This document shows, piece after piece, positions 44,948 through 64,000 of a stretch of 64,000 nucleotides of DNA. The notes under the pieces are model-generated. The model ran no database searches. It saw only the letters and a list, made by a program, of their open reading frames with translations, and had not been told where the DNA came from. Source of the DNA: the human T2T-CHM13v2.0 reference genome, Homo sapiens; assembly GCF_009914755.1 (NCBI RefSeq), contig NC_060938.1. The stretch is one strand, 5' to 3'. The position numbers and the translations under genes are program-made. How positions within the stretch are numbered: position 1 is the first letter of the stretch; each line of letters opens with the position of its first letter.

Positions 44948-47900
44948 ACACATCTCTGAACTGATCAACAAAGTGATGTAACTCTTGTCTGGGCTCTGCC
45001 TACAGGGGCTTTGTGACATATCTCTGCACTGATCACCCAGGTGATAGGACTTTTGCCTAGGCTCTGCCTATGGGGGCATTGTGACATATCTCTGCACTGA
45101 TCATCCAAGTGATGTAACTCTTGTCTACGATCTGCCTAAAGGGACTTTGTGACATATCTCTGCACTGATTATCCAGGTGGTGGGGCTTTTGTCTAGGCTC
45201 TGCCTAAGGGGCATTGTGACATATTTCTGCACTGATCACCCAGGTCACGGACTCTTTTCTTGGATCTGCCTATGGGGTCATTGTGACATATCTCTGCACT
45301 GATCACACAGGTGATGTAACTCATCTAAGATCTGCCTACCGGAGCTTTGTGACATATCTCTGCACTGATCACCCAGGTGATGTAACTGTTGTATAAGCTC
45401 TGCCTACAGGGGAATTGTGAGACATCTCGCCACTGATCACCCAAGTGATTTAACTGTTGTCTAGGCTTTGCCTACAGGGGGCTTTGGGACATACTTTTGC
45501 ACTGATCACAAGGGTGACGTAACTCATCTATATTCTGCTTACAGGAGCTTTGTGACATATCTCTGCACTGATCACTTAGGTGATGTAGCACTTTTATAAG
45601 CACTTTCTCCAGGGAATTTTGACAAATTTCTGCACTGATCACGTAGGTGATGTAACTCTTGTCTACCCTCTGCCCAAAGGGGGCATAGTGAAATATCTCT
45701 ACACTGCTAACCCAGGTGATTCAAATCTTGTCTAGGATCTGCCTACAGGGGGTATTTTGAAATATCACTGCACTGATCAACTAGGTGATGTAACTCTTGT
45801 CTATGCTCTGCCTACAGGTGTGTTTTCACATATCCCTGAACTGATGACAAAGCTGATATAACTCTTGCCTAGGCTTTGCCTACAGGGGACATTGTGACAT
45901 ATCTCTGCACTGATCACCCAGGTGATGCCAATCTTCTCTATGCTCTGCCTACAGGCGGCATTGTGACATATCTCTGCACTGATAACCCAGGTGATGTAAC
46001 TGTTTTCTAGTCTCTGCCTACAGAGGGCATTGTGACATCACTCTGCACTGATCACCCAGGTTATGTAAATCTTCTCTAGGCTCTGCCTAAGGGGGAATTG
46101 TGACTTATCTCTGCACTGATCACGCAGGAGATGTGACACTTGTTTAAACTCTGCCTAGAGGAACATTGGGACATATCTCTGCACTGATGGCTGAGGTGAT
46201 GTAAAACTTGTCTAGGCTTTGCCTACAGTGGGATTTATGACATATCTCTGCACTGATCACCCAGGTGATGTAACTATTATCTAGGCTCTGCTTACAGAGG
46301 GTATTGTGAGATATCTCTGCACTGATCACCCAGGTGATGTAACTCTTGTCTAGCCTCTGCCTACAGGGGCATTTTAACATATCACTGCACTGATCACCGA
46401 GATGATGTAACTCTTGTATAGGCTTTGCCAACAGGGGGCATTGAGACATATCTCTGCACTGATCACCGAGGTGATGCAATTCTTGTCTGGGATCTGCTTA
46501 CAGGGGACATTGTGACATATCTGTTCCCTGATCACCCAGGTGATGTAACTCTTGTCTAGGCTCTGCCTACTGGAGAAATTGTGACACATCTCCGCACTGC
46601 TCACCCAGGTGATGTCACTTTCTTCAACAATATGGCTACATGGGCATTGAGACGTGTCACTGCACAGATCACTCCGCTGATGTAACTCTTGTCTAGGCTC
46701 TGGTTACAGGGGGCTTGTGACACATCTCTGCACTGATCACCGAGGTGATGCAACTCTTGTCTGGGATCTGCTTACAGGGGGCATTGTGACATATCTGTTC
46801 CCTGATCACCCAGGTGATGTTAGTTTTCTCAAGGATATGGCTATAGGGACATTGTGATATGTCACTGCACTGATCACACAGCTGATGTAACACTTGTCTA
46901 GGTTCTGGATACAGGGGTCTTGTGACACATCTCTGCACTGATCACCCAGGTGATGTAACCCTTGTCTAGGCTCTGACAAAAGGGGGCATTGTGACATAAC
47001 TCTGCAATGACCACCCAGGTGATGGGACCCTTTTCTAGGCTCTGCCTACAGGGGCTTTGTGACATATCTCTGCAGTGATCACGCAGGTGATGTAACTCTT
47101 GTCTATATCTGACTACTGGCAGCATTGTGGCATATTTCTGCACTGATCACCCAGGTGATGGACTCTTGTCTTGGATCTGCCTATGGGGGCATAGTGACAT
47201 ATCTCTGCACTGATCACTCATGTGATGTAACGCTTGTCTAAGCTGCGCCTAAAGGGGAATTGTGACAGATATCTCCACTGATCACCTAGGTGGTGTAACA
47301 ATTTTCTGGGATTTGTCTACAGGGGGCTTTGTGACATACCTTAGCACTGATCACCCAGGAGATGTAACTCTTGTCTAGGCTTGGCTTACAGGGGCTTTGT
47401 GACATATATTGGCACAGATCACCCCGGTGACGTAACTCTGGTTTAGGCTCCACCTACAGGGGGTATTGTGACGTATCTCCGCACTGATCACCCAGGTGAT
47501 GTAACTCTTGTCTAGGCTCCACCTACAGGGGGTATTGTGATGTATCTCTGCACTGATCACCCAGGTGATGTAACATTTATCTAGGCTCTGCCTACAGGGG
47601 CGTTTTGACATAGCTCTGCACAGATCACCTAGATTATGTAACTCTTGCCCATTCTCTGCCTACAGGGGGCATTGTGAAATATCTCTGCACCGATCACCCA
47701 GGTGATGGGACTCTTCTCTATACTCTGCCTAGAGGGGGATTTGTGACATATCTCTGCACTGATCTCCCAGGTGATGGAAGTCTTCTCTAGGCTCTGTCTA
47801 TGGGTGCATTGTGTCAAATATCTGCACTGATCACACAGGTGATGTAACTCTTGTCTAGGCTCTGTCTACAGGGATTTGTGTGACATATCACTACACTGAT

Positions 47901-48959
47901 CACATAGGTGATGTAAGCCTTGTATGGGCTTTGCCTACAGAAGGCTTTGTGACATATCTATGCACTGATCTCTGAGGTGATTCAACTCTTGTCTAGGCAC
48001 TGCCTACGTAGTCATTGGTACATATCTCTGCACTGATCACCCAGGTGATAGACTCTTGTCTTAGATCTGCTTACATGGGCACTGTGACACATTACTGAAC
48101 TGATCAACCAAGTGATGAAACTCTTGTCTAGGCTCTGCCTAAGGGGCTTTGTGACACATCTCTGCACTGATAACCCTGGGGAGGGATCTCTTGTCTACGC
48201 TCTGCCTACAGGAGGCTTTATGACTTATACCTGCACTGATAACGTAGGTGATATCACACTTGTCTAGGCTCTGCCTACACGGGAATTCTCACATATCTCT
48301 GCACTGATCAGCCAGGTGATGTAACTCCTGTCTAGGTTCAGCCTACAGGAGCGTTTTGACATATCTCTGCACTGAACACACAGGTGATGTAACCGTTGTC
48401 TAAGCTCTGCCTACAGGGGCATTGTGACAGATCTCTGCACTGCTCACCCAGGTGATGTAACAATTGTCTGGGCTTTGCCTAGAGGGGGCTTTGTGATATA
48501 CAATTCCACTGATCAAACAGGAGATGTAACCCTTGTCAAGGTTCTCCTTACAGTGGCTTTGTGACATATCTCTGCACTGATCACCCCAGGGAGGAAACAC
48601 TTGTCTACACTCTGCCTACAGGAGGCTTTACGACTAATCCCTGCACTGATCACTAGGTGATGTAACACTTGTCTAGGCTCTCTCTACATGGGAATTTTCA
48701 CAAATCTCTACACTGGTCACCTAAGTGATGTAACCCTTGTGTAGGTTCAGCCTACTGGGGATTTCTCATACCTATGCACTGATCACCGAAGTGATGTAAA
48801 TCATTTCCAGGCTTTTTGTACAGGGGACATTGTGATATATCTCTGCACTGTTCACCCACATGATGCAAATCTTCTCTAGGCTCTGCAGGGAGGGGTCATT
48901 GTGACATATTTCTGAACTGATCATCCAGGAGATGTAACTATTCTCCAGGCTTTGACTAA
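44948..48959 (-). repeat. Beta-satellite array
   Basis: 68-bp monomers. Confidence 0.96.
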
Positions 48960-53449
<4,490 letters not shown>

Positions 53450-56400
53450 ACACATCTCTGAACTGATAAACAAAGTGATGTAACTCTTGTCTAGGCTCTG
53501 CCTACAGGGGCTCTGTGACATATCTCTGCACTGATCACCCAGGTGATGGGACTTTTGTGTAGTCTCTGCCTATGGGGGCATTCTGACACATCTCTACACT
53601 GATCACCCAGGTGATGGAACTCTTGTGTTGGATCTGCCTATGGGGTTATTGTGACATATTTCTGCACTGATCACCCAGGTGTTGGGACTCTTTTCTTTGC
53701 TCTGTGTATGGAGGCTTTGTGACATAACTCTGCACTGATCACCCAGGTGATGGAACGCTTCACTAGGCTCCGCCTACGGGGTATAGTGACATATCACTGC
53801 ATTGATCACCGAGGTAATATAACTCTTGTCCAGGCTCTAGCTATAGGGGACCTTGTGACATATCTCTGCAGTGATCATCTAGGGGATGTAACTCTTGCTT
53901 ACGCTCTGCCTGCAGGGGCATTGTGAAATACCTCTGCACTTATCACACAGGTGATGGGACCCTTCTCTAGGCTCTGCTTACTGGGGGCATTGTCACAGAT
54001 GTCTGCACTGATCACCCAGGTGACGGACTATTGTCTTGGATTTGCCTATGGGGGCATTGTGACATATCTCTGCACTGATCACCCAGGTGATGTAACCCTG
54101 GTCTAAGCTCTGCCTAACGGGGCATTGTAACAGGTCTCTGCACTGATCACCCAGGTGATGTAACTCTTGTCTAGGCCCTATTTACAGGGTGTATTGTGAC
54201 ATATCTCTGCACTGATCACCTAAGTTATGTAACACTTGTGTAGGCTCTGCCTACAGGGGCATTTTGACATATCTCTGCACTGTTAACCGAGGTGATGTAT
54301 CTCTTGTCTAGGCTGTGCCCACAGGGAGATTGAGACATATCTCTGCACTGATCCCGAAGTGATCCAAATCTTGCCTGGTCTCTGCCTACTGTGTACATTG
54401 TGACATATCTCTGTACTGATCTCCCAGGTGCTGTAACTTTAGTCTAGGCTCTGGCTACACGGCCTTGTGACATATCACTGCATTGACCACCCAGGTGATA
54501 TAATTCTTGTCTAGGCTCTTCCTAAAGGGGGCTTGTGACACATCTCTGCACTGATTACCCAGGTGATATAACTCTTCTCTAGGATCTTCCTACAAGGTGC
54601 TTTGTGACGTAACCCTGCAATGATCACCCAGGTGATATACCACTTGTCATGGCTCTGCCTACAGGGGCATTGCGATCTATCTCTGCACTGATCAGCTAGG
54701 TCATGTAACTCTTGTCTAGGCTCTGCCTACAGTGGCATTGTGACATATTTCTGCACTGATCACCAAGGTGATGTAACTCTTTTTTAGGATCTTCCTACAG
54801 GGAGCTTTGGAACATATCCCTGCAATGAACACCCAGGTGATGTACCACTTGTCAAGGCTCTGCCTACAAGGATATTGCGATGTATCTCTGCACTGATCAC
54901 CTAGGTCATGTAATTCTTGTCTAGGCTCTGTCTACAGTGGCTTTGTGATATATCTCTGCACTGATCATCCAAGTGATGTAACTCTTGTCTAGCATCTGAC
55001 TAAAGGGATTTTGTGACATAACTCTGCACTGATCACCCAGGTTATGGGGCTTTTCTCTAGGCTCTGCCTAAGGGGGAATTGTGACATATTTCTGCACTGA
55101 TCACCCAGGTGATGGACTCTTGTCTTGGATCTGCCTATGGGGGCATAGTGACATATCTCTGCACTGATCACCCAGGTGATGTAACTATTGTATAAGCTCT
55201 GCCTACAGGGAAATTGTGAGAGATCTCGCCACTGATTACCCAAATGATGTAACGATAGTCTAGGATTTGCCTACAGGGGGCTTTGTGACATACGTTTGCA
55301 CTGATCACCCAGGTGACCTAACTCATCTAAGTTCTGCCTACAGGAGCTTTGTGACATATCTCTGCACTGATCACTTAGGTGATGTGACAATTTTGTAAGC
55401 ACTGCCTACAGGGAATTTTGACAAATCTCTGCACTGATCACCTAGGTGATATAACTCTTGTCTACCCTCTGCCCAAAGGGGGCATTGTGAAATATCTCTG
55501 CACTGATCAACTAGGTGATGTAACTGTTGTCTAGGCTCTGCCTACAGGGGCGTTTTCACATATCCCTGAACTGATGACAATGGTGATGTAACTTTTGCCT
55601 AGGCTTTGCCTACAGGGGACATTGTGACATATCTCTGCAGTGATCACCCAGGTGATGCAACTCTTCTCTATGCTCTGCCTACCGAGGGCATTGTGACATA
55701 TCTCTGCACTGATCACGCAGGTGATGGAAGTTTCTGTAGGCTCTGTCTATGGGTGCATTGTGTCAAATATCTGCACTGATAACCCAGGTGATGTAACTCT
55801 TGTCTAGGCTCTGTCTACAGGGATTTTTGTGACATATCACTGCACTCATCACCTAGGGGATGTAAGCCTTGTATGGGCTTTGCCTACAGAAGGCTTTGTG
55901 ACATATCTATGCACTGATCTCTGAGGTGATGCAACTCTTGTCTAGGCACGGCCTACCGTGGACATTGGTACATATCTCTGCACTGATCACCCAGGTGATG
56001 GACTCTTGTCTTAGATCTGCCTACATGGACATCACAACACATCTCTGAACTGATCAACCAAGTGAAGAAACTCTTGTCTAGGCTCTGCCTTCAGGGGCTA
56101 TGTGACACTTCTCTGCACTGATAACCCTGGGGAGGGAACTCTTGTCTATTCTCTGCCTACAGGAGGCTTTAGGACTTATACCTGCACTGATAACCTAGTT
56201 GATGTAACACTTGTCTAGGCTCTGCCTAAACGGGAATTCTCACATATCTCTGCACTGATCACCCAGGTGATGTAACTCCTGTCTCGGTTCAGCCTACAGG
56301 AGCGTTTCAACATATCTCTGCACTGATCACCTAGGTGATGTAACCCTTGTCAAAGCTCTGCCTACAGGGGCATTGTGACAGATTACTCCACTGCTCACCC

Positions 56401-56912
56401 AGCTGATGTAGCAATTGTCTGGGCTTTGCTTACAGGGGGCGTTGCGTTATACATTTCCACTGATCAAACAGGTGATGTAACCCGTGTCGAGGTTCTGCTT
56501 ATAGGGGCTTTGTGACATATCTCTGCACTGATCACCACAGGGAGGAAACACTTGTCTACACTCTGCCTACAGGAGGCTTTATGACTTATCCCTGCACTGA
56601 TCACTAGGTGATGTAACACTTGTCTAGGCTCTGTCTACACGGGAATTTTCACATATCTCTACACTGATCACCTAAGTGATATAACCCTTGTCTAAGTTCA
56701 GCCTACTGGGGATTTCTGACATACCTATGCACTGATCACCGAGGTGATGTAAATCATTTTCAGGCTTTTTGTATGGGGGACATTGTGATAAATCTCTGCA
56801 CTGATCACCCAAATGATGCAAATCTTCTCTAGGCTCCGCAGGGAGGGGACATTGTGACATATTTCTGAACAGATCATCCAGGAGTTGTAACTATTCTCTA
56901 GGCTTTGACTAA
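53450..56912 (-). repeat. Beta-satellite array
   Basis: 68-bp monomers. Confidence 0.96.
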
Positions 56913-59391
<2,479 letters not shown>

Positions 59392-59394
<3 letters not shown>

Positions 59395-62300
59395 TCCCTG
59401 TAACCATATCCTTGACAAAAGTGACATCACCTGGGGGATCAGTGCGGAGATATGTCACAATATCTCCTGTAGGCAGAGCCTAGACCAGAGTTACATTACG
59501 TGGGTGATCAGGGCAGAGATATGTCACAATGCCCCCTGTAAGGAGATCCCAGACAAGAGTTGCATCACCTCAGTGATCAGTGCAGAGATATGTCTCAATG
59601 CCCCCTGTGGGCGAAGCCTATACAAGAGTTACATAATCTCGGTGAACAGTGCAGTGATTTGTTAAAATGCTCCTGTAGGCAGAGCCTAGACAAGAGTTGC
59701 ATCACCTGGGTGATCAGTGCAGAGTTATCTCACAATACTTCCTGTAAACAGAGCCTAGAAAAGAGTTACCTCACCTGGGTGATCAGTGCAGAGGTATGTG
59801 ACAAGGCCACTTTAAGCAGAGCCTAGACAATAGTTACATCGCCTGAGTGATCAGTGCAGAGATTTGTCACAATGCCCCTTTAGCCAGAGCTTAGACCAGA
59901 GTTACATCACCTGGGTGATCAGTGCAGAGATATCTCACTATGCCCCTATAGGCAAATCCAATAAAAGATACTGTCACCTGGGTGATCAGTGCAAAAATAT
60001 GTGACAATGCCCACAGTAAGCAGAGCCTAGAGAAGAGTCCCATCACCTGGGTGATCAGTGCAGAGATATTTCACAATGCCCCTGCAGGCAGAGTGTAAGA
60101 GAGGGTTACATCACCTAGATGATCAGTGCAGAGATATGTCACAAGGCCCCCTATACGCAGAGCCTGGAGAAGAGTTACATCACCTCCGTGATCTATGAAG
60201 TGATAGGTCACTATGCCCCGTACGTAGAGCCTAGTAAAGCATTACATCACCTGAGTGATCAGTGCAGAGATATGTCACAAAGCCCCCATACACAGAGCCT
60301 AGAGAAGAGTCCCATCACCAGGATGATCAGTGCAGAAATATGTCAAAATGCCCCCATAGGCAGATCCAACACAAGTGTTCCATCTCCTGGGTGATCAGTG
60401 TAGAGATATTTCACAATGCCCCCATAGGCAGAGCCTACACAAAAGTCCCATCACCTGGGTGATCAGTGCAGAGATATGTCACAAAGCCCCTTTAGGCAGA
60501 GCCTAGACAACAGTTACATCACTTTGTTTATCAGTTCAGAGATTTGCCAGGCTAACTGTTTGCTCCCGGAGCAATGTCACAAATCCCCCTCTAGGCAGAG
60601 TATAGAGAAGTGTCCCATCACCTGGGTGATCAGTGCAGAGATATTTCACAATGCCCCCTGTAGGCAGAGAGTGGACAAGAGTTACATAACCTAGGTGATC
60701 TGTGCATAGCTATGTCAAAACGCCCATGTAGGCAGAGCCTAGATAAATGTTACATCACCTGGGTGATCAGTGCTGAGATACATCACAATGCCCCCTTTAG
60801 ATGGAGTCTAGACAACAGTTACATCACCTGGGTGATCAGTGCAGAGATATGTCACAAAGCCCCTGTAGGCAGAACCTAAACAACAGTTAAATCACCTGGG
60901 TGATCAGTGCAGAAATGTGTCACAAAGGCCCTGTAGGACAAGCCCAGACAAGAGTTATATCTCCAGGGAGATCAGTGCAAAGATATGTCAAAAAGCCCCC
61001 TGTAGACAAATCCCAGAAAATTGTTACATCACCTGGGTGATCAATGGAGGTATCTGTCACAATTCCCCTTTAGGCGCAGCTTAGACAAGCGTTACATCAC
61101 ATAAGTGATAAGTGCAGATATATGTCACTATGCTCCCGTAAGCAGATCCAAGACAAGAGTCCATCACCTGGGTAATCAGTGCAGAATTATGCCACAATGC
61201 CACCAGTAGGCAAATATAGACAAGAGTTACATCACCTGCGTGATCACTGCAGAGATATGTCACGGTTCCTCTCTATGCAGAGCCTAGAAAAGAGTCCCAT
61301 CACCTGGGTGATCAGTGCAGGGTTATGTCACAATGCCCCCTTTTGGCAGAGCCTAGACAAGGGTTACATCACCTGGGTGATCAGTGCAGAGATGTGTCAC
61401 AAGCCCACTGTAGCCAGAGCCTAGACAAGAGTTACATCAGCTGTGTGATCAGTGCAGTGACATGTCTCATTGTCCAGTAGCCATATCCTTGACAAAAGTG
61501 ACATCACCTGGGTGATCATTGCGGAGACATGTCACAATGTCTCCAGTAGGTAGAGCGTAGACAAAAGTTACATCACCTGGTTGATAAGGGCAGGGATATG
61601 TCACAATGCCCCCTGTAAGCAGATCCCAGACAAGAGTTGCATCACCTCGGTGATCAGTGCAGAGATATGTCTCAATGTCCCCTGTCGGGGAAGCCTATAC
61701 AAGAGTTACATGATCTCGGTGATCAGTGAAGTGATTTGTTAAATTGCCCCTGTAGGCAGAGCCTAGAATAGAGTTACATCACCTGGATGATCAGTGCAGA
61801 GATATCTCACAATAGCCCCTGTAAGCATAGCATAGACAAGAGTTACATCACCTGGGTGATCAGTGCAGAGATATGTCTAAATCCCACTGTAGGCAAAATG
61901 TAGACAAGTTTTACATCACCTGAGCTATCAGTGCAGAGATAGGTCCCAATATCCCTCAAGGCAGAGCTTAGACAAGGGTCACATCTCCTTGGTGATCAGT
62001 GCAGAGATAAGTCACAATGCCCCCATAGGCAGAGCCTAGACAAGAGTTACATAACCTGGGTGATCAGTGCAGAGTGATGTCACAACGCCCTCTGTTGGCA
62101 GAGACTACAAAAGAGTTACATCATCTGGGTGATCAGTGCAGAGAAATGTAACAATGCCTCTTGTAGGCAGAGCATAGAGAAGAGCTGCATCACCTGCGTG
62201 ATCAGTGCAGAGATATGTCACAATGTCCCCTGTAGGCAGAGCATAGAGAAGAGTTGCATCACCTCGGTGATCAGTGCAGAGATATGTCACAATGCCACTG

Positions 62301-64000
62301 TAGGCAGAGCTTAGACAAGAGTTACATGACCTAGGTGATCAGTGCAGAGGTACATCGCAATGCCCCTGTAGGCAGAGCCTTGACAAGAGGTACATCACCT
62401 GGGTGATCATTGCAGGGATATGTCACAAAGCACCCTCTAGGCAGATCCTAGAGAAGAGTTATATCACCTGGGTGATCAGTGCAGAGATATGTCACAAGAA
62501 CCCTGTAGGCAGAGCCTAGACAAGAGTTATATCACCTGGGTGATCAGTACTATGATATGTCACAATGCCGTGTAGCCTGAGCCTAGGCTAAAGTTACTGC
62601 ACCTGGGAAATCAGTGCAGAGATATGTTACAATGTCCCTGGTAGGCAGAGACCAGGCAAGATTTGGATAACCTCGGGATCAGTGCAGAGATATGTCTCAA
62701 TACCCCTGTGGGCACAGCCTAGACAAGAGTTACCTCATCTCAGTTAATAGTTCAGAGATATGTTAAAATGCCCCTGTAGGCAGAGCCTACAAAATTGTTA
62801 GATCACTTAGGTGATTAGTACAGAGATATGTCACAATACCCCCTGTAAGCAGAGCCTAGACAACAGATACATCACCTGGGTGATCAGTGCCGAGATATGT
62901 CACAATGCCCCCTGTAGGCAGAGCATAGAGAAGAGATGCATCACCTGGGTGATCAGTGCAGAGATATGTCACAATGTCCCCTTTAGGCAGAGCATAGAGA
63001 AGAGTTGCATCACCTGGGTGATCAGTGCAGAGATATGCCACAATGTCCCCTTTAGGCAAAGCCTAGGCTAGAGTTACATAACCTTTGTCATCAGTTCAGG
63101 GATATGTGAAAACATCGCAGTAGGCAGATCCTAGACAAGATTTGAATCACCTGGGTGATCAGTGCAGAGATATTTCACAATGTCCCCTTTAGGCAGAGGG
63201 TAGAAAAGAGTTACATCACCTAGGTGATCAGTGCAGAGATTTGTCAAAATTCCCTGTAGGCAGTGCTTATAAAAGTGTTACATCACCTAAGTGATCAGTG
63301 CAGAGATATGTCACAAAGCTCCTGTAGGCAGAACTTAGATGAGTTACATCACCTGGGTGATCAGTGCAAAGGTATGCCACAAAGTCCCCTGTAGGCAAAG
63401 CCTAGAAAATAGTTCCATCACTTGGGTGATCAGTGTCAAGATCTCTCGCAATTCCCCTGTAGGCAGAGCTTATACAACAGTTACATCACCTGGGTGATCA
63501 GTGCAGAGATATGTCACAATTCCCCCTTAGGCAGATACAAGACAAGAATCTGCTCACCTGGGTGATCAGTGCAGAAATATGTCACAATGCCCCCTTAGAC
63601 AAAGCCTAGACAAAAGCCCCAACCGGGATGATCAGTGCAGGGTTATGTCACAAAATCCCTTTAGGCAGATCCTAGACAAGGGTTACATCACTTGGATGAT
63701 CAGTGCATAGATATGCAACAATGCCACTGTAGGCAGAGCTTAGACAATGTTACATGACCTAGGTGATCAGTGCAGAGATACATCGCAATGTCCCTCTAGG
63801 CAGAGCCTTGACAAGTGGTACATCACCTGGGTGATCATTGCAGGGATATGTCACAAAGCACCCTGCAGGCAGATACTAGAACAGAGTTACATCACCTGGG
63901 TGATCAGTGCAGAGATATGTCACAATGCCACTGTAGGCAGAGCCTAGACAAGAGTTACATGACCTACGTGATCAGTGCAGACATACATAGCAATGCCCCT
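59392..64000 (+). repeat. Beta-satellite array, + polarity, runs off window
   Basis: 68-bp monomers. Confidence 0.96.
60548..60572 (+). other. 25-bp remnant of the 5' end of a deleted D4Z4-like cassette
   Basis: caggctaactgtttgctcccggagc matches the cassette start catgctgactgtttgctcccggagc and follows the usual pre-cassette monomer cactttgtt..tcagttcagagat. Confidence 0.85.

Noticed and set aside
59960-59965. AATAAA in satellite (also ATTAAA on the - strand at 22292-22297)
   Set aside because: Isolated point variants; the first has no same-strand cassette nearby upstream, and the second is ~6.5 kb downstream of cassette 5

Overview
Primate (human/great-ape type) heterochromatic DNA, not microbial. 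The whole window is a compound macro-repeat. Ten ~2.1-2.8 kb D4Z4-like cassettes, each carrying a DUX4-like double-homeobox sequence and most ending in a pLAM/exon-3-like tail, alternate with 0-6.9 kb blocks of 68-bp beta-satellite. This organisation is known from acrocentric short arms and several pericentromeres; the chromosome cannot be assigned from sequence alone. Cassettes 1-2 and the final satellite block are in + polarity. A 45.8 kb block (13586-59394) holding cassettes 3-10 is in - polarity. Nine DUX4-like copies are clearly disrupted. One (9227-10834) is open through both homeodomains but has damaging homeodomain substitutions and a frameshifted C-terminus. No copy carries the 4qA ATTAAA polyadenylation signal. 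Notable structure: both ends of the inverted block fall at the same satellite register; a 25-bp scar marks a deleted 11th cassette; two cassettes are fused with no satellite between them; there is a 662-bp perfect-identity tract; the cassettes split into two lineages; and the exon-3-like tail is an ATG-less duplicate of the DUX 5' UTR. I find no evidence for a new protein-coding system, and nearly all tracked ORFs are repeat artefacts. Comparisons to D4Z4/4qA are from recall and should be confirmed by alignment. Boundaries are approximate to a few bp.
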